A DNA stretch of 64,000 bases from an uncultured Bacteroides sp. (lineage in GTDB: Bacteria > Bacteroidota > Bacteroidia > Bacteroidales > GCA-2748055), in assembly GCA_964458155.1 (NCBI GenBank), contig CAYWGP010000171.1:11073-75072 (forward strand). Reading direction: 5' to 3'. The notes beneath the pieces were generated by a model. It was not told the origin of the DNA and did no database searches. It worked only from the letters and a program-made list of their open reading frames with translations. Both the position numbers and the translations under genes were made by a program. Positions 21,064 through 31,683 of this stretch are shown one piece after another. The stretch's first letter is position 1. Each line of letters opens with the position of its first letter.

Positions 21064-23172
21064 TTAAAACTCAGGTGTAAAGTCCATGTTTTTGTAGATA
21101 AAGGACCATACATCTGTATATTCCTGAATTATCATATCGGTAGGTTTCCCTGCGCCATGTCCCGCATCGGTGTTAATCCGGATCATCACAGGATTTTTCC
21201 CGCTGTTCTTCTCCTGGAGTGTGGCAGCATATTTAAAGGAATGGGCAGGTACGACCCTGTCATCATGGTCTCCGGTGGTGATCAGTACGGCTGGATAATC
21301 CTTATCAGAGGTGATGTTCTGAATGGGAGAGTAGCCCAGCAGGTACTTGAACTCTTCAGGATCTTCGGAGGATCCATAGTCCACAGTCCAGTAGCGTCCA
21401 ATGGTAAACTTATGAAAGCGAAGCATATCCATTACGCCTACCATGGGGACGGCCGCAGCAAAAAGCTCAGGACGCTGGTTTATTACCGCACCTATCAGCA
21501 ATCCGCCATTGGATCCACCATAGATGGCCAGGCGCCTGCTGGAAGTATAGTTCTGCTGAATCAGATATTCTGCAGCAGCAATAAAGTCGTCGAAAACATT
21601 CTGTTTTTGAAGAATGGTCCCAGCTTCGTGCCATGCTTCACCATATTCGCCGCCTCCCCTTATGTTGGCCAGGGCAAAGACACCACCCTGTTCCATCCAA
21701 ACAGCACGGGTGGTGCTAAAGGACGGGGTCATGGAGATATTAAAACCACCATATCCGTATAAGAGGGTAGGATTGTTCCCATCCAGTTCCAGTCCCTTTT
21801 TATGTACAATGAACATGGGGACTTTTGTTCCATCCTTACTTTCATAAAAGACCTGTTTGGTTTCGTATGCTTCTGCATCAAAGTCAACTTCAGAAGAGTA
21901 GAATAATTCAGATTCGTTCTCTGCGATATTGTATTTGAAGATGCTTGTGGGATAATTGAAAGAGGTGAAGCTAAAGAAGGCCGTATTGTCTTTCATCTTT
22001 CCACTGAAGCCGCCCAGGGATCCTATTCCGGGCAGGGATACTTCATGGAGCATAGTGCCGTCAAGCTCGTAAACGTAGGCAACGTTGCTGGCATCTTTTA
22101 AATAGGAAGTGATTATTTTGCCTCCGGCCAGTGTGGCTGATTCCAGGACATTGCTATTTTCCGGAATGATATCCACCCAATTCTCTCTGGCAGGATTGTT
22201 CAGGTCGATTCCAACAAGCCTGTAAAGGGGTGCTTCGTTATTGGTAAGTACAAAAAGGATGTTCTTATGGTTCCCAATGGGTGAGTAGTTGTCATCGAAG
22301 TCCTCATCGAGCCAGGTAAATGGAGTATCGTCAATGCCGGCTTTCCTGAATGCAAGGGCATTGCCGCTTGTGCTTTCCCGCACTGCTAAAAACATATATT
22401 GTTCATCTTCTGAAGCATTCACAAGGAATCCCCATTCCGGGTTTGCTTCATCCTTGTGAATCAAAATGTCTTCAGATTGCTCTGTACCCACACGGTGGTA
22501 ATAAACTTTGGCATTGATGTTGGCAGCTTTGAGTTCATCCCCTGCATTGGGTGTGTCATAGCGGATATAGAAAAAGCCATTTTTGTACCAAGACATTCCT
22601 GAAAATTTGATCCACTTCAGGTGGTCCTTGAGGTCCTTCCCGCTTTCCACATCTTTCACAAAAAACTCCCTCCAGTCGGAACCCCCTCTGGAAATTCCAT
22701 AGGCGGCATACTTATGGTCGTTTGAGAAACTTAAACCGGCCAGGGCCACAGTTCCATCTTCCGAAAAACCATTGGGGTCCAGAAATACCTCAGCCTCATT
22801 TTCAAGGCTTCTTTTCTTATATATGATGTTCTGATTCTGCAAACCTGTATTATAGCTGTAGAAATAGAGATCGCCCTCCTTAAAGGGTGTCCCCATTTTC
22901 GGGTAATTCCAGATCTCGGTCATGCGTTCCTTCAGAGCATCCCTGAAGGGAATGGACTCCAGGTAAGCGAAGGTAACTTCATTCTGAGCCTTTACCCAGG
23001 CAGCAGTTTCATCCGACATATCATCTTCCAGCCACCTGTAGGGATCTGGTACTTCGGTTCCGTGATAATTATCCACTACATCGCCTTTAGCAGTTTCGGG
23101 ATAGGTAAAAGTTGCTTGCTGAGTACAACCCATAGCAATCAAAATTAAAATGATTGAAAGTACGTTTTTCAT
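21064..23172 (-). CDS. Prolyl oligopeptidase (S9A)
   Basis: Lipobox or signal peptide from the Met at 23172 (MKNVLSIILILIAMGC). It has a YRWLED N-terminal motif, catalytic GGSNGG, and DDRV...H near the C-terminus. Confidence 0.9.
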   Translation of the reverse strand: MKNVLSIILILIAMGCTQQATFTYPETAKGDVVDNYHGTEVPDPYRWLEDDMSDETAAWVKAQNEVTFAYLESIPFRDALKERMTEIWNYPKMGTPFKEGDLYFYSYNTGLQNQNIIYKKRSLENEAEVFLDPNGFSEDGTVALAGLSFSNDHKYAAYGISRGGSDWREFFVKDVESGKDLKDHLKWIKFSGMSWYKNGFFYIRYDTPNAGDELKAANINAKVYYHRVGTEQSEDILIHKDEANPEWGFLVNASEDEQYMFLAVRESTSGNALAFRKAGIDDTPFTWLDEDFDDNYSPIGNHKNILFVLTNNEAPLYRLVGIDLNNPARENWVDIIPENSNVLESATLAGGKIITSYLKDASNVAYVYELDGTMLHEVSLPGIGSLGGFSGKMKDNTAFFSFTSFNYPTSIFKYNIAENESELFYSSEVDFDAEAYETKQVFYESKDGTKVPMFIVHKKGLELDGNNPTLLYGYGGFNISMTPSFSTTRAVWMEQGGVFALANIRGGGEYGEAWHEAGTILQKQNVFDDFIAAAEYLIQQNYTSSRRLAIYGGSNGGLLIGAVINQRPELFAAAVPMVGVMDMLRFHKFTIGRYWTVDYGSSEDPEEFKYLLGYSPIQNITSDKDYPAVLITTGDHDDRVVPAHSFKYAATLQEKNSGKNPVMIRINTDAGHGAGKPTDMIIQEYTDVWSFIYKNMDFTPEF

Positions 23173-23257
23173 GAGGTAAATTTTTGCCCTTAAAGTAGAT
23201 ATTATGTGCTTAGCATACAATGGCCTGCCTCATGCTTTTTAATATGTCTGGAAAAAT

Positions 23258-23290
23258 AAAAAGAGGCTGCCTGTAACAGACAGCCTCAAT
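23258..23290 (-). terminator. Rho-independent terminator downstream of pnp
   Basis: GAGGCTG...CAGCCTC hairpin (23263-23287). A plus-strand A-run precedes it, which is a T-run on the minus strand. Confidence 0.6.
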
Positions 23291-23315
23291 ACTATATTAA
23301 CAGAATAGCTTTGTC

Positions 23316-25460
23316 CTAGTTCCTTTCGGGTTTTGGAAGAAGTGCTTTCCTGGAAAGTTTCAGTTTTCCGTTCTTCTCATCTACTGCAAGAAGTTTCACT
23401 TCAATAACATCGCCCTCTTTAAGAACTTCCTCCACTTTTTCAAGTCTTCTGTGCTCAATCTCAGAAATATGAAGTAATCCGTCTTTGCCTGGCATGATTT
23501 CAACAAAGGCGCCATAGGGAGTGATGGTTTTTACTTTTCCTTTATATACTTCACCTGGCTCCGGCACTGCAACAATACCCTTGATCCAGTTCATGGCTGC
23601 ATCGATGGCTGCTTTGTCAACTGCAAATACATCCACCAGACCCAGGTTGTCGATCTCTTCAATGGTGATGGTGGAATTGGTCTCTGCCTGGATCTCCTGG
23701 ATCACTTTTCCGCCTGGTCCGATTACCGCACCAATCATATCTTTGGGAATCTCAATACGCTCGATTCTCGGGGTATGAGGTTTGTAATCCGGATTTGGTG
23801 CAGACATAGTCTTGGCTATCTCATCAAGTATATGCAGTCTGCCATTCCTCGCCTGATCCAGTGCCTGTGAAAGAATCTCATAGGAGAGACCTTCTACTTT
23901 AATGTCCATTTGCGTGGCGGTGATCCCGTCGCGGGTTCCGGTCACTTTAAAGTCCATATCACCCAGGTGATCTTCATCACCCAGAATGTCTGAAAGAACA
24001 GCAAATTTATCAGAGTCCTTATCAGTGATCAGTCCCATGGCAATCCCGGATACTGGTTTCTTAATCTGTATACCCGCATCCATCAGGGCCAGTGTGCCGG
24101 CACAGACTGTAGCCATGGATGATGATCCGTTGGATTCCAGGATATCGGAAACAATCCTGAGCGTGTAGGGCATATCATCTTCCGCAGGGAGCACTCCCTT
24201 TAATGCCCTGTGTGCCAGGTTACCATGTCCCACTTCCCTGCGGCTTGTTCCCCTGTTAGGGCGTGCATCGCCTGTGGAGAATGCAGGGAAATTATAATGG
24301 AGCAGGAACTTGTCATTTCCTTTCTTAAGTACATCATCGATGAGCTTGGCATCCATTTTGGTACCCAGAGTAACAGTGGTAATGGACTGAGTTTCTCCCC
24401 TGGTGAATACGGCTGAACCATGTGCTGAAGGCAGGTAATCTACTTCGCTCCAGATGGGGCGGATCTCGTCGGTCTTTCTTCCGTCAAGGCGAACTTTGTC
24501 GTCGAGGACTGCCCGGCGAACAGCTTCTTTCTCCACATCATGGTAGTATTTACCTACCAGCGTTTCATTTACTTCACCCTCTTCGCCTGCTTCTTCAATT
24601 AGTTTGGCAAGGAAATCTTCTTTTACCTTTCCAAAAGCTTCACTCCTGGCATGCTTATCATCATTCCCTGATTTAGCAATCTTGTATGCAGCATCATAGG
24701 TTTCTTTCCAGGTGCGCTTGCTGAGTTCTTCATCGTTGATCTCATGAGAGTATTCACGTTTCTCTTCTTTCTTGGTCTTCTTAGTCAGCTCCATCTGTGC
24801 TTTACACATGGGCTTGATGGCTTCGTGGGCGAATTTGATAGCTTCCAGCATTTCTGCCTCACTTACTTCTTTCATCTCTCCCTCAACCATCAGGATGTTA
24901 TCATAGGTGGCTCCCACCATGATTTCAATGTCAGCCTCTTCCAGTTGAGTGAATGTGGGATTTACAACAAATTCTCCATTAACTCTTGCTACACGCGCTT
25001 CGGCGATGGGACCGTGAAAAGGTACATCTGATACAGCCAGTGCGGCTGAAGCAGCAAGTCCGGCCAGTGCATCCGGAGGAGTGTCTAACTCAGCAGACAT
25101 CAGGGTCACATTAACAAAGGTGTCGGCATGATAATCTTCCGGGAACAAGGGACGCAGCGCCCTGTCTACCAGCCTGGCTATAAGAATCTCATAGTCGGAA
25201 GGTCTTGCTTCACGCTTCAGGAATCCTCCGGGGAATTTTCCGGCTGCGGCATATTTTTCTTTATAATCTACTGATAGTGGCATGAAATCCACATCTTCTT
25301 TAGCATTTTTAGCACTGACCACTGAGGCCAGCATCATGGTGTCGCCCATGCGAACCATTACGGCGCCATCGGCCTGCTTGGCCAGTACACCTGTTTCTAT
25401 AGTGATTGTTTTACCATCACCCAATGCGATGGTTTCTTGAATTACTTTCGGTTTCGACAT
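23316..25460 (-). CDS. pnp: Polyribonucleotide nucleotidyltransferase (PNPase)
   Basis: 714 aa with two RNase PH domains, a KH domain and an S1 domain ([20 protein letters not shown]). Confidence 0.97.
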   Translation of the reverse strand: MSKPKVIQETIALGDGKTITIETGVLAKQADGAVMVRMGDTMMLASVVSAKNAKEDVDFMPLSVDYKEKYAAAGKFPGGFLKREARPSDYEILIARLVDRALRPLFPEDYHADTFVNVTLMSAELDTPPDALAGLAASAALAVSDVPFHGPIAEARVARVNGEFVVNPTFTQLEEADIEIMVGATYDNILMVEGEMKEVSEAEMLEAIKFAHEAIKPMCKAQMELTKKTKKEEKREYSHEINDEELSKRTWKETYDAAYKIAKSGNDDKHARSEAFGKVKEDFLAKLIEEAGEEGEVNETLVGKYYHDVEKEAVRRAVLDDKVRLDGRKTDEIRPIWSEVDYLPSAHGSAVFTRGETQSITTVTLGTKMDAKLIDDVLKKGNDKFLLHYNFPAFSTGDARPNRGTSRREVGHGNLAHRALKGVLPAEDDMPYTLRIVSDILESNGSSSMATVCAGTLALMDAGIQIKKPVSGIAMGLITDKDSDKFAVLSDILGDEDHLGDMDFKVTGTRDGITATQMDIKVEGLSYEILSQALDQARNGRLHILDEIAKTMSAPNPDYKPHTPRIERIEIPKDMIGAVIGPGGKVIQEIQAETNSTITIEEIDNLGLVDVFAVDKAAIDAAMNWIKGIVAVPEPGEVYKGKVKTITPYGAFVEIMPGKDGLLHISEIEHRRLEKVEEVLKEGDVIEVKLLAVDEKNGKLKLSRKALLPKPERN

Positions 25461-25487
25461 AATATCTGATTAAATTCTAATGAATAC

Positions 25488-25519
25488 AAAAAAAGGCAAT
25501 CCGAGAATTGCCTTTTTTG
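25488..25519 (-). terminator. Terminator or attenuator hairpin between rpsO and pnp
   Basis: AGGCAAT-ccgaga-ATTGCCT stem flanked by A and T runs. Confidence 0.65.
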
Positions 25520-25530
25520 TTACTAATATC

Positions 25531-25800
25531 TTATTTTCTGATCTTCAGGGCTTTGATGATAGCGCGATATCTCTCAATATCTTTTTCCTTGAGATAATCG
25601 AGCAACTTCCTCCTTTTACCTACCAGTTTGAGCAGGGCCCTTTGAGTACTGTAGTCCTTCTTATTGGTCAGCAAATGCTGGGTAAGGTGATTGATCCTTG
25701 TGGTAAAAATTGCAATCTGGCCTTCAGCTGAACCTGTATCAGCCTCGGATTTGCCATACGTCTTGAAGATTTCCTTCTTTTTCTCCGTTGTTAAATACAT
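25531..25800 (-). CDS. rpsO: 30S ribosomal protein S15
   Basis: 89 aa with [21 protein letters not shown] and the classic rpsO-pnp linkage. Confidence 0.97.
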   Translation of the reverse strand: MYLTTEKKKEIFKTYGKSEADTGSAEGQIAIFTTRINHLTQHLLTNKKDYSTQRALLKLVGKRRKLLDYLKEKDIERYRAIIKALKIRK

Positions 25801-25841
25801 CCTTTTAATTACTTTTTAAATCTGTTTCGATTTTCGAGTTG

Positions 25842-25849
25842 CAAAGGTA
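25842..25849 (-). promoter_or_regulatory. -7 promoter box (TACCTTTG on the minus strand) for rpsO
   Basis: Plus-strand CAAAGGTA lies 42 nt upstream of the rpsO ATG. Confidence 0.4.
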
Positions 25850-25886
25850 TATATTTATTTTAAAATAGCAATAGATGAGTCCGGCT

Positions 25887-26909
25887 TTAGATTTCCGGGC
25901 CATCAATAGTTATCGTATTGATTAACTGTTTGATCTGAGTCTTGCTGCCAAGTGCAAATAGCTTGTCGGTGGAGAGGAGGGGCGTTTCCGGAACCGGATT
26001 GATCAGGTAGGATCCATCCGGTCGCTTCATGCCTATTATATTGGCACCGGAGGTATTTCGAATGTCAAGTTCGGACAGGGTCTTTCCTTCAAAAAAGGTG
26101 GCGAGTTTATGACAGGAAATCTCCTCAAGAATCACACTTTCGATACTCTGAAGAAGGATCAGTTCAATAAACTCCACTACATCGGGTTGAGCCACCAGTT
26201 TGGCCATGCTTTGGCCTCCAAGTTTATCTGGCATGATTACGTTGGTGGCGCCGGCGCGTTTTAATTTCACATCGGCATTATCAACCGAGGCACGTGAAAT
26301 GATTTTTAGTGCGGGATTCAGTTCCCTGGCAGTCAGTACCACAAACAGGTTATCAGCATCTGTGGGAAGGGTGGTTATCAGGGCCCGGGCACTCTCCGGG
26401 TGGGCCAGTTTCAGCACTTCTTCGTTGGTGGCATCTCCTTCCACGTAAAGCATTCCATTGGTTTCCCTGAGCAGCTGAACAGTTTCTGCCTGGTCTTCAA
26501 TCACCACAACTTTCACCTCATGCTGAGAGAGTTCAATGGCTGCCTGCTTGCCATTCCTCCCATAACCGCAGATGACCACATGGTCCGATAATTTCTCAAT
26601 TTTTCTTTTCACTTTGTTGTCTTTATATGAATTCATAAATACTCCTTCTACAATGTACCTTGTGAAAGAGGTTACAGCATAGAAGAATACCCCGATGGAG
26701 ACCACCACCAGGAATGAAGTAAACCACATTCCATGGTTGTCAAGCTGATGTACTTCCTCGAAACCTACGGTCGCCATGGTAATGATGGTCTGGTAGACGG
26801 CTTCTGAAGGAGTAAATCCCAGCAGGTAATAGCCAATGGTCCCAATGATGATGATGCTTATCAGCAGGGCGAGGGTTACATATGCATGTTTTAATTTATT
26901 TCTATTCAT
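25887..26909 (-). CDS. Potassium channel protein with an RCK/TrkA domain
   Basis: 340 aa with two TM helices, a selectivity-filter-like TVGFE, and a Rossmann GYGRNG (TrkA_N) followed by a TrkA_C-like end. Confidence 0.85.
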   Translation of the reverse strand: MNRNKLKHAYVTLALLISIIIIGTIGYYLLGFTPSEAVYQTIITMATVGFEEVHQLDNHGMWFTSFLVVVSIGVFFYAVTSFTRYIVEGVFMNSYKDNKVKRKIEKLSDHVVICGYGRNGKQAAIELSQHEVKVVVIEDQAETVQLLRETNGMLYVEGDATNEEVLKLAHPESARALITTLPTDADNLFVVLTARELNPALKIISRASVDNADVKLKRAGATNVIMPDKLGGQSMAKLVAQPDVVEFIELILLQSIESVILEEISCHKLATFFEGKTLSELDIRNTSGANIIGMKRPDGSYLINPVPETPLLSTDKLFALGSKTQIKQLINTITIDGPEI

Positions 26910-28188
26910 GGAGTGAAGCTTCCAGAAATTCTTTGCCTATCTGACAATCCAGACATCTTTTTTGTTTGCAGTAAACATGATATAGTTGTAACAGGGCCTG
27001 GCTTTCCATGGCATTGTCGGCCGTGATTCCAAATATACCCCAATTCTTTGTAATCTGGTTCGTTTCTCCCTTCAATTGAAACAGGATTCCGGCAGCCTGC
27101 ATTTTCCTGCTGCTGCTTTTATCATATTTTTCCAGTGCCGACAGAAAGGGGATGATCACATTAATGATCAGGGTTGAAATAAACTGTTCCCCGGGAAATT
27201 TTGGATTTGGAGGCGAATTACGTCCAAAGAGGTAATGCCCGGTCCAGTATTCGCTGGCACCCGTTCGGAAGAACTGCTCCATCTCTGCCAGTGAACCTGT
27301 TTCCAGAAGCCTGTTGACAAGAGGGAATCCAGTGTGAATCAGGGAAGCGAACTGGGAAATTCTAATGGTAGGGAAGGATGACGGCCTTAGCCGAAGGAAT
27401 TTCCACAGGTACCTTGGTATAGCTTTTTCTATGAATACCTCTTTTAATTCCAGGTAGCGATTCCAGAGGGAGGAAGGGTAGGGACCCAGGTCCCTGGCAG
27501 GCAGGAGCAGTCCCGAATGACCAAATAGAATTGCTTCCAGGTCTTCCGGACTATCACTGTATTCAATCAATTGATTAAATGGGACTCCTTTTACCAGCAA
27601 TTCGAAGGGTAAGGTGTTCAGGGGGATTCCATATCCCGGGGCGATGGCCTTGTAAAGGGCTTCATCCAGGTTAAGGGCAGAGTTACAAAGGATCCGCTCC
27701 ATCCGAAACATTTTTTGTGCTGTCCGTTCTGCATGCAGGGACCTGAGCCATAGTTTTAGCCTGTGCCCCGGAATATCGCCAATAAAATCAGCACAGGGAA
27801 TCCAGTTTTCACTTTTTTTAAGCATATCAAAGCGCCGAAAGAGGGCTTCGCTGTATTCGGGGACCATGGTTTGGATACGACGCCCCAGACTATTGGTCAC
27901 ATCCGTGTCGAAGTCCCCGACCACATGCAGAATCACATTGTTATATGCCGGATTAAAGTGATGCCCGTGCCTGTACCAGTCTGAGGCACGTGGGTGTATC
28001 TCCACGTTCCCGGCCCAGACCATCTGGCCGAATCTGATACGGGCATTGAAAAAATCAGGGCCTGCGTGAAGATTTTGTTCACCGGGAGTCAATATCTCCA
28101 GGTCTTCACCACAAGTAGTGGTCAGAGAATTTCCACTGTATAATTTATACTTCCAGATAAACTGAATAAAACCTTCTGCGGCCATCAC
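26902..28188 (-). CDS. DUF2851 family protein
   Basis: 428 aa. FIQFIWKYKLY...GPDFFNARIRF...WAGNVEIHPRASDWYRHGHH...NVILHVV matches the DUF2851 N-terminal signature as I recall it. Confidence 0.75.
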   Translation of the reverse strand: MMAAEGFIQFIWKYKLYSGNSLTTTCGEDLEILTPGEQNLHAGPDFFNARIRFGQMVWAGNVEIHPRASDWYRHGHHFNPAYNNVILHVVGDFDTDVTNSLGRRIQTMVPEYSEALFRRFDMLKKSENWIPCADFIGDIPGHRLKLWLRSLHAERTAQKMFRMERILCNSALNLDEALYKAIAPGYGIPLNTLPFELLVKGVPFNQLIEYSDSPEDLEAILFGHSGLLLPARDLGPYPSSLWNRYLELKEVFIEKAIPRYLWKFLRLRPSSFPTIRISQFASLIHTGFPLVNRLLETGSLAEMEQFFRTGASEYWTGHYLFGRNSPPNPKFPGEQFISTLIINVIIPFLSALEKYDKSSSRKMQAAGILFQLKGETNQITKNWGIFGITADNAMESQALLQLYHVYCKQKRCLDCQIGKEFLEASLHE

Positions 28189-28229
28189 TGTTTAATGTGG
28201 CCAGTCGGTATTTTTCAGTGCATGCTCTG

Positions 28230-28979
28230 CTAGAATGAGTAGGCCAATCCTGCTGTGACCTCCACGGTCCGGATGTAAAATTCAGCATCAATCGGGGGGA
28301 TATCTTCAACAATTCCCTCGTACAGCCCAAAGGTGTAAGTGTTTTTGGATTTAGTCTGGACAAAATCCCCGCTCAGTTTCAGCGCAAGATTGGAGTTGAA
28401 CATAATCCGGATACCTCCTCCTGCAGTCCACCCAAAGGCAACGTTGGTGTGATCGGTCCGGTTATAGATGCTGTTGTTGTCGTAAGTAATGGTTAACTCC
28501 TGGTCGGGAGGCCTGATAATACTGAGCCCGGCAAGTCCCCGGAAATCAAAGTATAGTTTTTGTGATGCCCTGATGGAGAAGTGTGGTCCGATAAAGAGAT
28601 TGAAATAATTCCAGAATCCGGAGCCATACAGAATCTCTGCATCATCTGGTATGTCAACTGCCCCGGTATTGTCTTCGATATATGCGACCATGTCGTTTAC
28701 CAGGGAATCACGAAATACATAGTTGGAGCCAAAACCAAAGGATGCCCCAATACCCAGATAGGACACAGGAAAATATGCCCCATCAAATTTTATGGCTCCT
28801 CCCGTTCTGGCATATCCATTGCTGGAAAGGTCGCCAGTGGCTGCATAGTCATCAAGGGATATGGAGGCCCCGAATGATATACTGGCAAAGTTCTGCTGTG
28901 CAAGCAGTTGAGCGGATGCTGCTGCCATAATTAGTATAAGGATCCCGATTGCTTTTCTCATCTCTGTCATTTTTTTCAT
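28230..28979 (-). CDS. Outer-membrane beta-barrel (porin-family) protein
   Basis: 249 aa with a signal peptide, an alternating hydrophobic pattern and a C-terminal aromatic (AGLAYSF). Confidence 0.75.
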   Translation of the reverse strand: MKKMTEMRKAIGILILIMAAASAQLLAQQNFASISFGASISLDDYAATGDLSSNGYARTGGAIKFDGAYFPVSYLGIGASFGFGSNYVFRDSLVNDMVAYIEDNTGAVDIPDDAEILYGSGFWNYFNLFIGPHFSIRASQKLYFDFRGLAGLSIIRPPDQELTITYDNNSIYNRTDHTNVAFGWTAGGGIRIMFNSNLALKLSGDFVQTKSKNTYTFGLYEGIVEDIPPIDAEFYIRTVEVTAGLAYSF

Positions 28980-28996
28980 CCCAAAAGTACTAATTT

Positions 28997-30241
28997 CTAT
29001 CTTTTTCTTTTAAATGGCATGGTCATACAACGGACACCACCACCGCCACGGGAGAGCTCGGCTCCATCAATGGTCAGTACATATTTATCAATGCTTGCTA
29101 GATCAGTTTTACCATTCAGAACATCTTTCGATCCAATGATTTCATACCCGCTCTGGTTCAGGTTTTCAAGTGTATGCACATTCCTGTTGTAGCCTATAAC
29201 CTTGCCGGGACCCAGGGCGAAAAAGTTGGCCCCACTGTGCCACTGCTCCCGCTCCTGGGCCATGCTTTCCTTCACCCCGCCACAAAAAGAGGGTTTCAGA
29301 TCCATGCCAAGGTCATGAAGGGCTTTGACCAGATTCTCCACATTGCGGATGGAGACCACTTTACTGTTTTCAATATCTACCTGAATGGTCTGATATTTAT
29401 TGGATTTTAGGATGAGGGGCTCATAGACCATACAGGAATCATGATCCAGGAGTGTAAAGGTCATATCGAGGTGGATAAATGATTCGGGTGAGGAGGGCAG
29501 TTCCTGGATCAGCAAGTGTTGCTTCTCCTTTCTTTCGGCAAGCATTTTTATCAGGAAGTCAATACCTCTTGAGGTGGATCTGGATCCCAGGCCGGCCAGT
29601 GTGATATTGTCTGAGGCGACCAGGAGATCCCCGCCTTCGAAGGAGAGGCTGTCCCGGCTGGATGCCCCCTCATCGGTATGAACAGTCTGCACTCTGAAAC
29701 GGGGATGGTAGTCAAAAATAGCCTGCATAATCATGGCTTCCCTGTCCCTGACCCGGTTTGCCATCCTGGATATAAGTACCTTATCGCCTAAAGCGACAGA
29801 CGCATCCCGGGTAAAAAAAAAGTTATGCAGGGGCCTCAGTGAGAAGTGTTCGTTACTCAGATAACTGCTCAGGGTATTTCGCTCAAGGGGTACTCCCTGA
29901 ACCAGTTGCTTGGCCAGGATGGTTTCATTAAGATCCAGCAAGCTGTCTATCAGCAAGGGTTGTCCCTCATGGTAGCAGGCTTTTTTGACGATCTTTTCCT
30001 TTATTTCACTGGAACGCAGGACATCTTTTAAGAGATCCATGATGCGGTAAGTGGGAACCAGGTGCTGCAGGAGACATTCCAGCTGGTTGTATTCCCTTCG
30101 GGCTACAGATAGATTAAGGATATCACTGTAGAGGGCGCGCTCCGCGTTTTTCGGGGTCATGTTCTCGACTTCGGGTCCCGGAGGATGAAGAAGGACCCCT
30201 TCAAGGTCTCCCGTTTCGCTGTATACCTGTATGGCGGACAT
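28997..30241 (-). CDS. Arginine deiminase / amidinotransferase-family protein
   Basis: 414 aa with FFTRD, a C-terminal catalytic Cys context (GGGVRCMTMP), and the pentein-fold layout. Confidence 0.75.
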   Translation of the reverse strand: MSAIQVYSETGDLEGVLLHPPGPEVENMTPKNAERALYSDILNLSVARREYNQLECLLQHLVPTYRIMDLLKDVLRSSEIKEKIVKKACYHEGQPLLIDSLLDLNETILAKQLVQGVPLERNTLSSYLSNEHFSLRPLHNFFFTRDASVALGDKVLISRMANRVRDREAMIMQAIFDYHPRFRVQTVHTDEGASSRDSLSFEGGDLLVASDNITLAGLGSRSTSRGIDFLIKMLAERKEKQHLLIQELPSSPESFIHLDMTFTLLDHDSCMVYEPLILKSNKYQTIQVDIENSKVVSIRNVENLVKALHDLGMDLKPSFCGGVKESMAQEREQWHSGANFFALGPGKVIGYNRNVHTLENLNQSGYEIIGSKDVLNGKTDLASIDKYVLTIDGAELSRGGGGVRCMTMPFKRKR

Positions 30242-30271
30242 GGCACAAAGGTAATAGAATTAGCAGATGAA

Positions 30272-30463
30272 TCATCCTGAAAACCCGTTCCGCTTATGGC
30301 TCCCGTCACAGAAAGGCTTATTTGAAGAATCTCCGCAACGGCAAAGAAATACCGGCTCCTCTTTTTGGATAATCTTCCCATCGGGCCCCTGGATCCGAAA
30401 CTTTCCCGTAATTCTGAGCGGACCACCGGCGATTACTTTGAACAGGGTATTATGATTCTCCAT
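30272..30463 (-). CDS. CDGSH iron-sulfur domain protein (single domain)
   Basis: 63 aa with CRCGDSSNKPFCDGSH. Confidence 0.75.
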   Translation of the reverse strand: MENHNTLFKVIAGGPLRITGKFRIQGPDGKIIQKEEPVFLCRCGDSSNKPFCDGSHKRNGFSG

Positions 30464-30472
30464 CTCGCTTCT

Positions 30473-30955
30473 TTAATCTGTGAAATCAATTTTACGATGC
30501 GTTCCGTCGCAGTAGGGCATGTTCCGGGATTCCCCACACCGGCAAAAGGAAGTCATCGTTGCAGGCCTGAGCTTCTGGTCATCGCTCCCAATAATAGAGA
30601 ATTGTCCCTCTACCACAATGGGACCATCCCTCATAATGCGGATGCTTGTTGGTTTGTCTTTTCCTGAAAGGGATCTTGGAGTCTCTTCAACCGGGCTCAC
30701 TTGCCTTTGAACTTTTTGCTCCTCTTCAGTAAGGTCCTCATTATTCTTCCAGATCAGAGCCTGTGTGGGGCATTTGTTGACAACTTCGATGATTTTCCTG
30801 GAGGGAGCTCCATCCATATTCACCCAGGGTCTCCTTCCGGGATTAAAGACTTCGATCAGTTCCCTGAAACAGGTAGTGGCGTGGATACATTTGGAGGGTA
30901 TCCAGAATACGGTTATGTCGCCATTGGTGTATTGTCTGTTCCGTGGATCGTCCAT
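30473..30955 (-). CDS. Divergent 4Fe-4S mono-cluster domain fused to a CDGSH domain
   Basis: 160 aa. The N-terminal CIHATTC...NKCP pattern resembles Fer4_19. The C-terminus has CRCGESRNMPYCDGTH. Confidence 0.75.
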   Translation of the reverse strand: MDDPRNRQYTNGDITVFWIPSKCIHATTCFRELIEVFNPGRRPWVNMDGAPSRKIIEVVNKCPTQALIWKNNEDLTEEEQKVQRQVSPVEETPRSLSGKDKPTSIRIMRDGPIVVEGQFSIIGSDDQKLRPATMTSFCRCGESRNMPYCDGTHRKIDFTD

Positions 30956-31035
30956 CTTTTACTTGCGTGATTAATTGAAATAAAAGACAAAAATGACCCT
31001 GGAATGTTCAAAAAAACTGGTGATGTGCTATGTTC

Positions 31036-31638
31036 TTATATGAATCCGGCTTCAATGCCCAGGACAATGTCTTCCATAATTTTGTCCCGGTCAAGCGGAT
31101 CATATTCGGTCTTCAGGTTATTTCCGAAAATACGGGCAATACCCTGCCAGAAAAAGGCTGTAAAACCTCCTTTCAACTCTTTGATAACCTGGTAGGATGT
31201 ACGTCCCGTTTCCCGGTCAATCAGTTTTACCAGCATGATACCCTGGGTGATTGTCAGTTTTTTGACCTCTTTCTCAAACTGGTCCATGATCTCCTTTTCG
31301 GCCTGATCGATATATTCTTTTTGCTCCTTTTCGCTTTTGATGGTCATAAGGTGATTGTCCAGCTCTTTCAGTCTGACTCCGGCAATCTGTGCATAGGGAT
31401 AGGCTTTTTTTACGTTATAGATCATCCTCCTGTACCTTCTTTTCAGGTACAGGTATTCAAAATCTCTTCTTTCATATACAGAAACCTCCGGTAATTCCAC
31501 AATGGGGATGGTATCAGATCCTTCCACCGTAGCGCGGACCACCACTGACCGGTCTTTCTGCTCCTCCTGGGCGAATAGCTCCACCTGCGGACAAAACAGG
31601 GCAAGTACCAATATAATATGGAGAAGATATGTTTTCAA
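31036..31638 (-). CDS. DUF4294 family protein
   Basis: 200 aa with a signal peptide. YRRMIYNVKKAYPYAQ...LTITQGIMLVKLIDRETGRTSYQVIKELKG matches DUF4294 as I recall it. Confidence 0.75.
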   Translation of the reverse strand: MKTYLLHIILVLALFCPQVELFAQEEQKDRSVVVRATVEGSDTIPIVELPEVSVYERRDFEYLYLKRRYRRMIYNVKKAYPYAQIAGVRLKELDNHLMTIKSEKEQKEYIDQAEKEIMDQFEKEVKKLTITQGIMLVKLIDRETGRTSYQVIKELKGGFTAFFWQGIARIFGNNLKTEYDPLDRDKIMEDIVLGIEAGFI

Positions 31639-31683
31639 CTTGAAGTAAAATTAGCAAAAACTGTACCGGTATGAGGGAAAGCA

